In this document: piece after piece, positions 10,001 through 18,781 of the stretch
Layout of the letters: each line of letters starts with the position of its first letter
Position numbering within the stretch: position 1 is the first letter of the stretch
Origin: Clostridia bacterium
GTDB lineage: Bacteria; Bacillota; Clostridia; Oscillospirales; Acutalibacteraceae
Reading direction: 5' to 3'
NCBI GenBank assembly: GCA_024404235.1
Contig: JAKSQF010000001.1
Coordinates: forward strand, 1-45,832
Length of the DNA stretch: 45,832 bases
Notes under the pieces: model-generated
The model's input: only the letters and a program-made list of their open reading frames with translations
Databases searched by the model: none
Told to the model about the DNA's origin: nothing
Made by a program: the position numbers and the translations under genes

Positions 10001-10678
10001 TGTGCTTTGGAAGGCATCCATTTCAGCACGGTCTAACGCCGCCTTAAAACGGATCTTTGTATTGCCGGCCGTTTGCGCACCGACAAGGCGCACCGACAAC
10101 GGCTCCGGCAAGGCTGCCTGCAATGAATCCAACACGAAGGTGGCTTGCGGTAAAGAGGTATCAAACCCGACCCCGCGCAGGATTTCAAACTGAAATTCGG
10201 TCATATTCGTCGGCCGACGGTCACCGCACTGCAACGGAACGTATACCTGATACCATCCGTTTCCCATACCGGTGATCTGCAAAGCCGTGCGGGGATAATC
10301 AAAGGATTCTTCCCCCTCTAAAACGGTGACGTGGGTCGTATCCCCGTAAGCCGAAAGCGCCTGCGGTAAAATATCGTTATTATCGAGATCCGATGCCTTA
10401 AAATCAAAAGTGATCGCACCGAAGGAGGATAGATCGAAATCGCATTGATAGGAAAGCTTACGCATAACCCCGTAACTTCCTCCGACCTTCAACGCCCGAC
10501 CGTCTGTACCCGAAACCGAGTAATCAATAGCGCTGTTACCGGAATACTGCCAACCGGAAGTACAATCCGAAATCAGCAGGGCATTTCCGCTGAGGGGCGG
10601 TGCCTCGCAAAGTAAAATTGAAAGAAGCAGTGCGATAACCAAAAACACAGACAAACTTTTTTTGGAAACAGTTTTCAA
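7022..10678 (-). CDS. Secreted GH55-like enzyme (two tandem pectate-lyase-fold beta-helix domains) with an N-terminal locus-specific binding-like module
   Basis: 1218 aa with a TTG start at 10678, GGGGGG 6 nt upstream, and a signal peptide. The N-terminal module begins LLISDCTSGWQYSGN. It has two copies of the beta-helix N-cap motif: SIQRALNAAKMAGGGTVYLPEGVYRC..VTLRGEW and DAFRAALQAAEKNGGGIVYVPGGEYTV..VELRGIY. It is a paralog of 36718..39522. The family call (GH55-like) is motif-based and tentative. Confidence 0.85.
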   Translation of the reverse strand: MKTVSKKSLSVFLVIALLLSILLCEAPPLSGNALLISDCTSGWQYSGNSAIDYSVSGTDGRALKVGGSYGVMRKLSYQCDFDLSSFGAITFDFKASDLDNNDILPQALSAYGDTTHVTVLEGEESFDYPRTALQITGMGNGWYQVYVPLQCGDRRPTNMTEFQFEILRGVGFDTSLPQATFVLDSLQAALPEPLSVRLVGAQTAGNTKIRFKAALDRAEMDAFQSTHTKISYGFIYADAERYADLALTLDGPLNYRTTLSEKLYLDPDNAQNYLLAATFTKNDFSDIKKVAIRAFVYGTRSDTGVGEWIYSYDDSYCGGYCFDVSTLFVAAAAKETEVSLKGLNQIPDTTVAENPAKDTGIHPAGKPYTVPVKYDTGDGLCVAIYDAVRDFKAPVNRNSNATPSIQRALNAAKMAGGGTVYLPEGVYRCDQVLSIPSSVTLRGEWISPETKPAAGCGTVLVVNTGNYEECMDPFISLKTGGGFCNMTVIYPSVTNGDFAPYSATIAQTPAGGSDSYTVRNVTILGATVGFDAATAWSELHYLKNVYISAIGQAIRINNVTDIGRLENVSVSPRYLLKNALMPVTAEKAKEISDYIRQNADGLYIQRSDWEYVYGLKIDGVNRGMAFESYIDASDNDRVRGSNGQMLGVEITNCNTAVDVTYTNAIGYVLTDMVIRDCSVGMEFSPAFISAFNITRLQVEGKCGAPLVLRSTKDGKVTVTDSVFNCRVASGYAVNVVSGGLSLQQCTFTQPDHHIRMENTAGAVSVLGCTFPSVADISRPSGKQSKFKFDDHPLSLPSADYHHTYRNAIPTAAKTTVFDVTDFGAVAGHDCTDAFRAALQAAEKNGGGIVYVPGGEYTVNSPLTVPTGVELRGIYDVPTHPVSAGSVIRTTVGKNDENGTPFITLQKKSGVNGISFYYPEQSFTDFIPYSWTVQSADTDCWAINAVFINSYNALDFGTYPSDNHYIQYVSGSPLRRGIFVGNNSGNGWVENVQFNPHYWKRALISDMDLTDQALLNNVVNTVSEAMIFGDNASEHVLGTFAYGAKDVLVFRSQNGKGTNGIFIGHGSDGCQNALVADQLDCVVMLNSELVSMIGEEDVHHIVMKDTVTGTLAQFNMVAWSHPKDCSIVVSGGKLLVSQLFYYNLEQTDYIARVGDATMCLYSAMLPERPTHFILANSGRLSLIGNLIRTKSSHIAPSNYHLSFAEEFRERVMEKFGWWI

Positions 10679-10710
10679 GGCATTCCCCCCTTTTTGGTTT
10701 TTTTACTGAA

Positions 10711-12777
10711 TCAATCACATAAAAAGACGTATTTATGGCCGTACAGAACCGAATCGCAGAACCCGTCGGGTGCAAGTGCGGATGAATACGGCTGTTCGAT
10801 TTTATAATCGTACGGCGTATGGTTAATGACCAAGGTGCCGTTTTCAAAACGGATACGCTCAATGCCGCGCAAACGCTCATCGGCAATACCGGCATCGGTC
10901 AGCCATTGCTCGATCGGAGTACGGCGGATCATGGTCAACGGGTACTGAGCTTCACGTCCGTAAGCGACGGGAACGGGTTTTTGCACCCGCTCGCAATAGC
11001 AACGACCGAAATCCAAACCGGTGGCATAAACAACACCCTTGCCAACCTGCTTTTTGGCGATGGCGCAGGCCCCGTCCGAACAGTAGGAAGCCAGCATTTC
11101 GGCATTATTAAAGGCAAAGAAACGTTCGGCAAAATCGGTAACGGTTTCCTCCCAAGCGAAGGAATCCGACGAATGCGGTACGGCTTCAATATCGAAAATA
11201 CCGTGCAATCCGCAGGAAGCACCTGCAATAACGGTACCGCCCGCTTCCACGTAGGAGCGCAGAGCATCCTCCAGTTGTTTGGAGGGCAACCATTCATAGA
11301 ACGGGTCGGCCGGAAGAACGACGACCTTGTACGGATGAAGCGTTTCGGCGGTAATTTGAGAGCGATCCAGAATATCGGCATTCAAGCCAAGGTCTGCCAA
11401 TTGACGGTAATGTCCGAGCAGATCATTTCGCGAAGCACGGTAAAGGCTTTCGTCACGGTGACGGTGATCCATCGTGAAGCTGGCATACGGGAACACAATG
11501 GCGGCCTTTTTTTCGTCCAAGCGTTTGCCCGAAACCTCACGCACGGCCGCAAACCAATCCAGCGCCTTTTGAACCGAGGACTTGCGATCGGCATCCCATT
11601 TGCCGAAGTTGCCGCCGTCATCCAAGCCGCTGTAACCGTAGAAGAACATATCGGTAGCCCCTGCCCCGTAGCAGGAAGCAATGGATTCACCGGGCGTAAC
11701 ATAGGCATAAATATCATTATAAAGGTATCTGCCCAAGAAGAGCCCTGCAACCGGATCCTTACCGTTGCAGGCACTGCGCAGAATGGCGTTTTCAAAAGAG
11801 ACGGCATAACAATCGGCCTCGCCGTAGGCATCGGCCGGAAGCGTATAGAAGGACGGCGAATCCAAAAATTCGGCCAAGCGCCACAGATCCAAGCCGCGTT
11901 CGCTGATTTCGACCCAATCGGTCAGAAAATATTTCCACTGGGAGAGGCAATCATACAGGAAAATATCGGGCAGTTCGCGGCGGACACCGGCCGTCAGTTC
12001 CCGATAAAAATCGGTCAGCAGATCCTGACGGAACAGCATATTATCCCGATACATCGCAAGTCGAACGTTGCCGTTCGGTTCGCGGTAATCCTGCGCGGTC
12101 ATTTCGGGCCAAACCTGCAGCATATCAATATCTTCAAACGATTCATAATCGGTATGATACACGGCGTTCATTTCAGCAACGGTTGAATAGTGCTTTTTCA
12201 ACCAATTAACGTAAACGCTTTTGCCGTCCTCATCAAACGACGGCATCAATGCAGGACTGTGATAAAAATAGCAGGGCGTTTTGGGCGTACCGTTTTCGTC
12301 GACCGCCTTGGCCGCCGCCGATTTCGCCAGCCTACGGTACAGATTGACCGTATGCTCAACCAACGCATCGGTTTGCTGTTTGTCCCAATGCTTTAATCCG
12401 CGGAAAGGCTTTCCTTTGCGGTCATACACGGGACGAATGATATCGGGTGCGCTGTCACGAATGTGGGGATACAGATTATCGCCGTTATAGAAAAGGGTCA
12501 AAAAGTTGATGCCCATTCCGTTTTCGGCAGCCTGCTCGATCATAAATTTTTGCATGGCAACGTAATCGGATTCTTCCCCCGTGCGGAAGAAGGCGGTGAA
12601 ATCTTCCCACAGCTTGGAATCCAAAATAATGGAATTGAAGCCCATCTGTGCGATTTCGCGCATTCCCGAACGAACTAACTCCCGATCGGAATGGTACGGT
12701 TCAAAAAAGTTGCCGAACCAAAGCGAAAAATGGGGTCTTTTATTCTTTCCGACGCATTTTTCCTGACTGTAAAGCAT
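10711..12777 (-). CDS. Cytoplasmic glycoside hydrolase, GH42-like (TIM barrel plus glutamine-amidotransferase-like trimerisation-type domain)
   Basis: 688 aa with no signal peptide and a GAGGGAG RBS. The N-terminal segment REIAQMGFNSIILDSKLWEDF is barrel-like. The central segment YKVVVLPADPFYEWLPSKQLEDALRSYVEAGGTVIAG resembles the GH42 middle domain. The family call is tentative. Confidence 0.8.
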   Translation of the reverse strand: MLYSQEKCVGKNKRPHFSLWFGNFFEPYHSDRELVRSGMREIAQMGFNSIILDSKLWEDFTAFFRTGEESDYVAMQKFMIEQAAENGMGINFLTLFYNGDNLYPHIRDSAPDIIRPVYDRKGKPFRGLKHWDKQQTDALVEHTVNLYRRLAKSAAAKAVDENGTPKTPCYFYHSPALMPSFDEDGKSVYVNWLKKHYSTVAEMNAVYHTDYESFEDIDMLQVWPEMTAQDYREPNGNVRLAMYRDNMLFRQDLLTDFYRELTAGVRRELPDIFLYDCLSQWKYFLTDWVEISERGLDLWRLAEFLDSPSFYTLPADAYGEADCYAVSFENAILRSACNGKDPVAGLFLGRYLYNDIYAYVTPGESIASCYGAGATDMFFYGYSGLDDGGNFGKWDADRKSSVQKALDWFAAVREVSGKRLDEKKAAIVFPYASFTMDHRHRDESLYRASRNDLLGHYRQLADLGLNADILDRSQITAETLHPYKVVVLPADPFYEWLPSKQLEDALRSYVEAGGTVIAGASCGLHGIFDIEAVPHSSDSFAWEETVTDFAERFFAFNNAEMLASYCSDGACAIAKKQVGKGVVYATGLDFGRCYCERVQKPVPVAYGREAQYPLTMIRRTPIEQWLTDAGIADERLRGIERIRFENGTLVINHTPYDYKIEQPYSSALAPDGFCDSVLYGHKYVFLCD

Positions 12778-12788
12778 TTTTTACTCCC

Positions 12789-15362
12789 TCATTCCCGGGT
12801 TTTCAATAATAGTGTTACAATGCGGTGGGCCGGAACATCCAGCGAAACCGCACCGCCGACGACCGGATAAGACGTTCCGGTCGGCTCTTCGGCCAAATTC
12901 AGTAATTGTGCTTCGACAAAGCGGTCGGAAAGCCGCAATACGGCGTGGCGTTCTTCGGTACCGGTGTTATAAACACGCAGTACAAGGCCGCTTCCCTTTT
13001 CCGCATTTTTAAAGGCGGTATTCCAAAGACCGTTTGTTTCCATTCGGCAAAGGCTGTATTCGGCAGAACCGTCACAGCACTGCGGATCGGTGATTTGCTT
13101 TGCAGGCATTGTACCGGCGGTATACTGCAGAGCCTGCATTTCGGCTGATTCATAATTCTCTGCCTTGCCGAAGAACAGAGCATATTCTGCCGTGTTGACA
13201 CGGTTTTTACACTGTGCATCGGGCGTTGGGAAGTAACCCCAATCCCCCAATTGATCAATACAGCGAAGCAACGTCACACAAAGGGTGTTACTGCCGTCCC
13301 GCAAAACTTCATACTCGTGCAGGCCGCGAGTCGCCACCAGCAGATGCGCATCGGCATCCTTCAAGGCGGCAAAGTTGAGCATGATCTGCTCGTTCGACGG
13401 GGCCGTCCATACAGAATCGGTCGCAATAGAACGGTGCAACGTATCGTATTGACCGCCGACCAGTACGGTTTCGGTTTTGATATCATTTTTGAAGAGGGCC
13501 CGAATGCGATGATTTTCAGCACCGTTTTCGATTTTGACGGCAAAATCAAGGCGGCGGGAGCCCTTGGTTAAGGTAACTTCGGTTTCGATTTCGACCGGAG
13601 TCGTTTCATCCGAAAAACGGATTTCAGAACGGTCAAAATATTTGGGCAGTTGCAACGTATGCCTGATAATAAAGGTTACCGCCGACGAAGTTGCACATTT
13701 GAGTTCTACGCCGGCAACAGCATTTTCGGTTGTAACAGCCGGACGGTCATAACGAATAAACTTGTATTCGTCTCCGATATCGGCCATATCCTCATACAAA
13801 TTGATGCCGCTGACAACACGACCGGTTTCAAGATCGGTCACGGTTAGGGAACCGTTGTTTTCAATATCAACGTGCAGATATTCGTTTTCAGCAGAACGAT
13901 CGGTATGCTTTAATGCCGAAGATGCATCGGTCGCATTTGTTGCATAATAAATCTTATACCCGCAGGCAGGTACCGCCTGCGCCGAGAAGGTGAAGGTGTA
14001 GCGGTCTACGTAAACGACCTTGCGGAAAGCGTCATCCGGCAGCGTATAGGTAAAGACGTTTTTTTCGACCTTTGCCGGTACGGCGACTACCGTACCCGCC
14101 TCATCCGTTAATGCACTGACGGTTTTGCCCGATTCCACGGGAACGTCGACCGTTACGGTCACCAAGTCGGTACGGTCATAAACCGAGGTGTTGTACACCG
14201 CTACGGGGATTCCCTTCGTACAATCGACCTTTAAGTGGCTTTCCAGTCTTTCGACGGCGCGCGCCGTAATACATCCGGCCGCCTTTAACACCTCGCCGAA
14301 GCGGGTTTCCATATCGCGGTGGACCGGATCGACACTGCAGCCGCAGATGGAATCGTGTGCGTGGTTTTTAAGCAGTTGTTTCCACGCATAGAAGAGATAA
14401 TCTTTATCGTAAATCCCGCCGTAAAGAGAGGCCATTGCGCTAAGCGGCTCGGCTTCGCGCTCTAATGCATTTTCGGCCAGACGGTTTAACTGCTTGAGAT
14501 AAATTCTGGCACTTGCCGTGCAGATCAGCAAACCCTTTCCGTTGGTGTGCTGACCGGCCAGTTCTTCCACAATAACGGGGTACTTGCTTGTGTCTTTTTT
14601 CACGATTTGCATATAGGTTTCCAAATCGCTTTGAATATATTGAACGGAAGGATCCAACTGATTGAAAGCAGCGATCGCTTCCGGCAGATTTCGTTGTAAA
14701 GGTTGATGATGCGGTCCATTCATACCGAGATAGTCGTGAATGGCGGATGCTTTTCTGAAATTACCGAGTAATTTTTCTGCCCTTGCCTGCACTGCCGTGC
14801 TTTCGACCGGCAATTCGGCGGCATTGTTATACCACGGTGCAAAGTGTGCGGCGACTACGCGGCTGCCATCCGGCGAGCCCCAAATCAGTTCGGAAATGGC
14901 GGGAACACCACGCCCGAAAACGGCACAGTCGATACCGAATCCGCAGAAAATCTGCGGCATTTGAGCAATATTGCCGAAGCTGTCCGGCAAATAACCGACC
15001 ATTTGCGGTTTTACGTTCATTTTTTCGGCGACCTGCAAACCGATAAGCATATTGCGTACGTTTGCTTCGTCGCTGATCAAGTATTCATCCTGTAATACAT
15101 ACCACGGGCCGACCTTGATGCGTCCGGTGTCGATCGCGTGCTTTAAGCGGTCAAAGTTATACGGTTTGATTTGCAGATAATCCTCTAAAACGACCATCTG
15201 TCCATCCAAATTGAAGGAACGGAATTCCTGCGAGGCTTCGGTTTCCTCCAAAATGGAATCAATCAGATCAATCAAACGGTAGCGGTGCTCTTCAAAGCTC
15301 ATATACCACTCACGGTCCCAATGGGAATGCGGTATGATATGTACAGTTTCCATATTAGGCAT
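12789..15362 (-). CDS. GH38 alpha-mannosidase (cytoplasmic)
   Basis: 857 aa. The N terminus VHIIPHSHWDREWYMSFEEHRYRL is the hallmark GH38 metal-binding motif. It has no signal peptide. AGGAGA lies upstream. Confidence 0.92.
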   Translation of the reverse strand: MPNMETVHIIPHSHWDREWYMSFEEHRYRLIDLIDSILEETEASQEFRSFNLDGQMVVLEDYLQIKPYNFDRLKHAIDTGRIKVGPWYVLQDEYLISDEANVRNMLIGLQVAEKMNVKPQMVGYLPDSFGNIAQMPQIFCGFGIDCAVFGRGVPAISELIWGSPDGSRVVAAHFAPWYNNAAELPVESTAVQARAEKLLGNFRKASAIHDYLGMNGPHHQPLQRNLPEAIAAFNQLDPSVQYIQSDLETYMQIVKKDTSKYPVIVEELAGQHTNGKGLLICTASARIYLKQLNRLAENALEREAEPLSAMASLYGGIYDKDYLFYAWKQLLKNHAHDSICGCSVDPVHRDMETRFGEVLKAAGCITARAVERLESHLKVDCTKGIPVAVYNTSVYDRTDLVTVTVDVPVESGKTVSALTDEAGTVVAVPAKVEKNVFTYTLPDDAFRKVVYVDRYTFTFSAQAVPACGYKIYYATNATDASSALKHTDRSAENEYLHVDIENNGSLTVTDLETGRVVSGINLYEDMADIGDEYKFIRYDRPAVTTENAVAGVELKCATSSAVTFIIRHTLQLPKYFDRSEIRFSDETTPVEIETEVTLTKGSRRLDFAVKIENGAENHRIRALFKNDIKTETVLVGGQYDTLHRSIATDSVWTAPSNEQIMLNFAALKDADAHLLVATRGLHEYEVLRDGSNTLCVTLLRCIDQLGDWGYFPTPDAQCKNRVNTAEYALFFGKAENYESAEMQALQYTAGTMPAKQITDPQCCDGSAEYSLCRMETNGLWNTAFKNAEKGSGLVLRVYNTGTEERHAVLRLSDRFVEAQLLNLAEEPTGTSYPVVGGAVSLDVPAHRIVTLLLKTRE

Positions 15363-15382
15363 AAAAAACGTTCTCCTGTGAA

Positions 15383-15410
15383 GTCCTGCACAGCCTCGGC
15401 TGTGCAGGAC
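15383..15410 (-). other. Intercistronic GC-rich hairpin directly after the SBP gene
   Basis: gtcctgcacagc-ctcg-gctgtgcaggac forms a 12-bp perfect stem. No U-tract follows on the minus strand; the GH38 RBS follows. Confidence 0.5.
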
Positions 15411-15429
15411 AAAAGATTGCTGAAAGGCG

Positions 15430-16854
15430 TTATCTGCTTTCGTTTACAAGTTCATCCAAAAGCGTTTGGACGGTTTCCTTACCGGCGGAAATGATGGTTG
15501 CCGGATCGGTATTCGGGTCACGGGCGATCGGCTTAAAGATCGCGGTGATGGTATACATTTCAAAGTTACGGTCAATTCGGCTGTACATAAATACCGGATC
15601 GTATACGATGTTCGGAAGAATATCCTTTTCAAGAACTTCTGCCGACTCTTCGTCACGGTAGTAGGTCGAGGAAATTTCATCCTGCCAAATGGACAGTTCG
15701 CCGTAAGATGTACCTGCCATAGCTTCCAGAATCAAACCGGTTGCTTCGGGATTGTCGATGGACTTTGGTACGCATACGATCGGGGTGTTGTGGTCGATCG
15801 CACTGTAGTAATGATCAACGTCGGGGCCCATCGGAATCGGAACAAGACCGAAGTCATCGTTCATTTCACGCAAGGCCTGACCGCGCGTGGTCAAATTCAG
15901 GTAGAAGGTGACTTGACCGTTGATGAACATTTCGGTACAAAGCGAAGCATCGCCGCCACCGTAGTAGTAAGCACCCGGTGCGCCGAACATCTTCTTCATT
16001 TTGGTCAGGGTCGGAATAACGTTGGGGTCGGTCATACCGTAGGTTACGGTGCCTTCCTTGCTGATTTTAAGCATATCCAAACCATTTGCGAGGAAGAAAG
16101 CCGTCATACCGCCGTCCAAGCCGCCGGTAACACCGTAAATATCGCTGTTGTCAAACACGGCGTCAGAATTGACGTCCTTCATGGATTTAGCAACCATTGC
16201 CGAGAAGGTATCCCAGTTCCACTTGCCCTGAGCCATCAATTCATACGGATCGTCCAGATTGAGTTCTTCGATCAAACGCTTGTTGAAATAGACGCCGAAG
16301 CCGTGGGTGTAAGGATTGGCAAAAGCGGCGGAAGCGCCATAGCGTTCACCCGAGAACAGAACGGCAGTATCATCATAGATGTTCAGCCAATGATCCTGCT
16401 TAAAGTCGGTATTCGGCAATTTGGACATATCGTAGAGATAGTCGCCGGTAGCCAGCTTACCGTAGGTGAACAGGGTAACGTCCATGACGTCGGCAACCTT
16501 TTCGCCCGACATAATAGCCGGATACATTTCATCATAGAAGCTGGTCGGATCGTAGTATTCATATCTGATTTTGCAGTTGAATTTGTCTTCGATCGCCTTA
16601 TTGCGAGCCAGGATGGCATCGGAAAGTTCCGAAGCGCCGGCTTCCATTACCGGACGGTCATCGGTACCGTAGTAGCAGGCTTCGGCAATGACAAATTCAT
16701 AACCCTTTAAGTCCTTGTTCGGCAGTTTGTCAAGATAGGCAAAATCCGCATTGCCGCCCGCGGCTTTTTTGCCTTCGGAACCCTTACCGCAACCGGCAAA
16801 AGCACCCAGCACCATGACCACGCACAGTGCCATGCAAATCATTCTTTTTTTCAT
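15430..16854 (-). CDS. ABC sugar transporter substrate-binding lipoprotein
   Basis: 474 aa with a lipobox (VLGAFAG-C-GK), an AGGAGG RBS and family-1 solute-binding-protein-like composition. Confidence 0.9.
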   Translation of the reverse strand: MKKRMICMALCVVMVLGAFAGCGKGSEGKKAAGGNADFAYLDKLPNKDLKGYEFVIAEACYYGTDDRPVMEAGASELSDAILARNKAIEDKFNCKIRYEYYDPTSFYDEMYPAIMSGEKVADVMDVTLFTYGKLATGDYLYDMSKLPNTDFKQDHWLNIYDDTAVLFSGERYGASAAFANPYTHGFGVYFNKRLIEELNLDDPYELMAQGKWNWDTFSAMVAKSMKDVNSDAVFDNSDIYGVTGGLDGGMTAFFLANGLDMLKISKEGTVTYGMTDPNVIPTLTKMKKMFGAPGAYYYGGGDASLCTEMFINGQVTFYLNLTTRGQALREMNDDFGLVPIPMGPDVDHYYSAIDHNTPIVCVPKSIDNPEATGLILEAMAGTSYGELSIWQDEISSTYYRDEESAEVLEKDILPNIVYDPVFMYSRIDRNFEMYTITAIFKPIARDPNTDPATIISAGKETVQTLLDELVNESR

Positions 16855-16888
16855 AAGTATCCTCCTTATTTTTCCGAAACGGAAAAGT

Positions 16889-17839
16889 TTATCCTACGAT
16901 GCCGCTGCGTTCGATTCCCTGAATCAATTGACGCTGGAACACCAGATAGAATACAAATAACGGTGCGATGATCATAACAACCGCCGTGTTCTGCATTACC
17001 GAGGACATCATCGTTCCGTTGGAAATAGCCTCGGTCGAGATGGCGGTGACCTTATTGAGGATCATCGGCAAAACGGTCATACTGCGATTGAACAGACCGG
17101 AATAGAACGTATCGGTCCATTGCCACGCAAAGGAAAGCACGAAAATGGAAACCAGCATGGAACGTGCCATGGGGAACATAATGGAGAAGAAGGCTTTAAT
17201 GGGATTACAGCCGTCTACCCAAGCTGCCTCATTCAGTTCCTGCGGGACGCCCTTGAAAAACTGGCGTATTACGAAAATGTACAAGCCGTTTTTGAGGCCT
17301 AACGCCGTAAGTGAAAGTAAGATGGACGGCACAACCGTTTCCAGCGGTTTGATCGGCCCGATGCCGAACAGTGAAAGCAAACCGTAAATATCGAAATAAC
17401 GGAAACGGGTATACAGCGCCAAATACAACGTTTGCGGCGGAATGACGATGGTGAAAACCGCCATCAGGAAGAAAAACGTTTTTCCCCTAAACTTAAACTT
17501 GGCAAAACCGTAGCCGACCATACAGCAAACCAGCGTTTGCAAAATGGCGCAGGACAGCGAAATCAACAGGGAGTTGGTGAAGGCCTCCCAGTAGCCGCCG
17601 TACTTCAGCACACGGGTCACGTTATCCCAAGTAGGACTTTGCGGAATTAACCAAACGGTCGGGTTTTGCAGGTCGTCAAGGCTCATAAACATTACCGAAA
17701 TTCTTTTCAAAAACGGCAACAGAATGATGTAGGACAGACCGATCATCAAAATCAGGCGGAACAGCAGCCACGCCCAATTCTTCGGGTGGAATGCGAGCAC
17801 CCAATCCGGTGCATTGATTTTTCTCTTTTTCATACGCAT
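16889..17839 (-). CDS. Carbohydrate ABC transporter permease (MalG/LplC-like)
   Basis: 316 aa with multiple TM helices and a binding-protein-dependent transport signature region (..ELNEAAWVDGCNPIKAFFSIMFPMA..). The true start may be the third codon, ATG 17833, which lies 7 nt from GGGGG. Confidence 0.9.
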   Translation of the reverse strand: MRMKKRKINAPDWVLAFHPKNWAWLLFRLILMIGLSYIILLPFLKRISVMFMSLDDLQNPTVWLIPQSPTWDNVTRVLKYGGYWEAFTNSLLISLSCAILQTLVCCMVGYGFAKFKFRGKTFFFLMAVFTIVIPPQTLYLALYTRFRYFDIYGLLSLFGIGPIKPLETVVPSILLSLTALGLKNGLYIFVIRQFFKGVPQELNEAAWVDGCNPIKAFFSIMFPMARSMLVSIFVLSFAWQWTDTFYSGLFNRSMTVLPMILNKVTAISTEAISNGTMMSSVMQNTAVVMIIAPLFVFYLVFQRQLIQGIERSGIVG

Positions 17840-17845
17840 ACCCCC

Positions 17846-18781
17846 TTAATCACGTTCCTGGTAGAAGGTGAATCGGTAGCAAAGCAACGAAACAAGCCCC
17901 AGTATGATCAGCACAACACCAAAATACAGCCACGCCATTGCCGACGATCCGCTGTAGTTGTTTTTGGCAAAGGCCACGTCGTCGATCAAAAGCATGATCG
18001 GGTTATTGGAACGGGTAAATCCGTCGATGATGACGTAAATCGCATTGACGAAAATGATCGGGCTTAACAGCGGCACGGTGATCTTCCAAAAAGATTCCCA
18101 CGCATTGGCGCCCTCGACCCGAGCCGATTCGTACACGGCAGGTGAAATGCCCTGCAGGCCGGACAAAAACAGGATGATCGGAACACCGGCGTAATTGACG
18201 ACGCTGTAAATATTGTTGACCAGTGCCACCAAATATTCGACCATACCAGTCGGGATCATCATACGTTCAAGCATAGACTGGATATTGGAAATATCAAACC
18301 CGCCCGCGGTCACGGTGGAAACGCCGGTATCAATACCGGCCGATCCGTTGAGGCTTTCGAGCATGGCGTTCATCATATCGGCCTTTAATACCACGCCGGT
18401 AGCCATAATGACCGGCAGGAAGAAAATGGCACGGAAGATGCCGCGACCCGGCATTTGCTGATTGAGAACGACGGCGATGAACAAACTGAAAATCAAGATA
18501 GCGGGGCTTTGTACCAACAGCGTACCGATGAGCGACAGCGTGTTGCGCACAAAGTCGGGGTCCTTAAACAAGGCGTAGCGATAACTCTCCAAGCCGACAA
18601 ACTTTAAGGCGTAACCGTCCTGCCCGACAGACAACTGGTTAAAGCTGAAACGGAACGAGTTGAAAATGATCGGGAAATACAGAAGCACTAATCCGATCAC
18701 AAAGGGGGAAATAAAAAACCAGCCGTAGCGTCCGTTTTTCCGGATCAAAGAAGTCTTTTTCTTTTCCGCTTTTCGGATCAT
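17846..18781 (-). CDS. Carbohydrate ABC transporter permease (MalF/LplB-like)
   Basis: 311 aa with 6 predicted TM segments and an EAA-like loop (..YESARVEGANAWESFWKITVPLL..). Its ATG overlaps the upstream TGA (ATGA, 18778-18781). Confidence 0.9.
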   Translation of the reverse strand: MIRKAEKKKTSLIRKNGRYGWFFISPFVIGLVLLYFPIIFNSFRFSFNQLSVGQDGYALKFVGLESYRYALFKDPDFVRNTLSLIGTLLVQSPAILIFSLFIAVVLNQQMPGRGIFRAIFFLPVIMATGVVLKADMMNAMLESLNGSAGIDTGVSTVTAGGFDISNIQSMLERMMIPTGMVEYLVALVNNIYSVVNYAGVPIILFLSGLQGISPAVYESARVEGANAWESFWKITVPLLSPIIFVNAIYVIIDGFTRSNNPIMLLIDDVAFAKNNYSGSSAMAWLYFGVVLIILGLVSLLCYRFTFYQERD

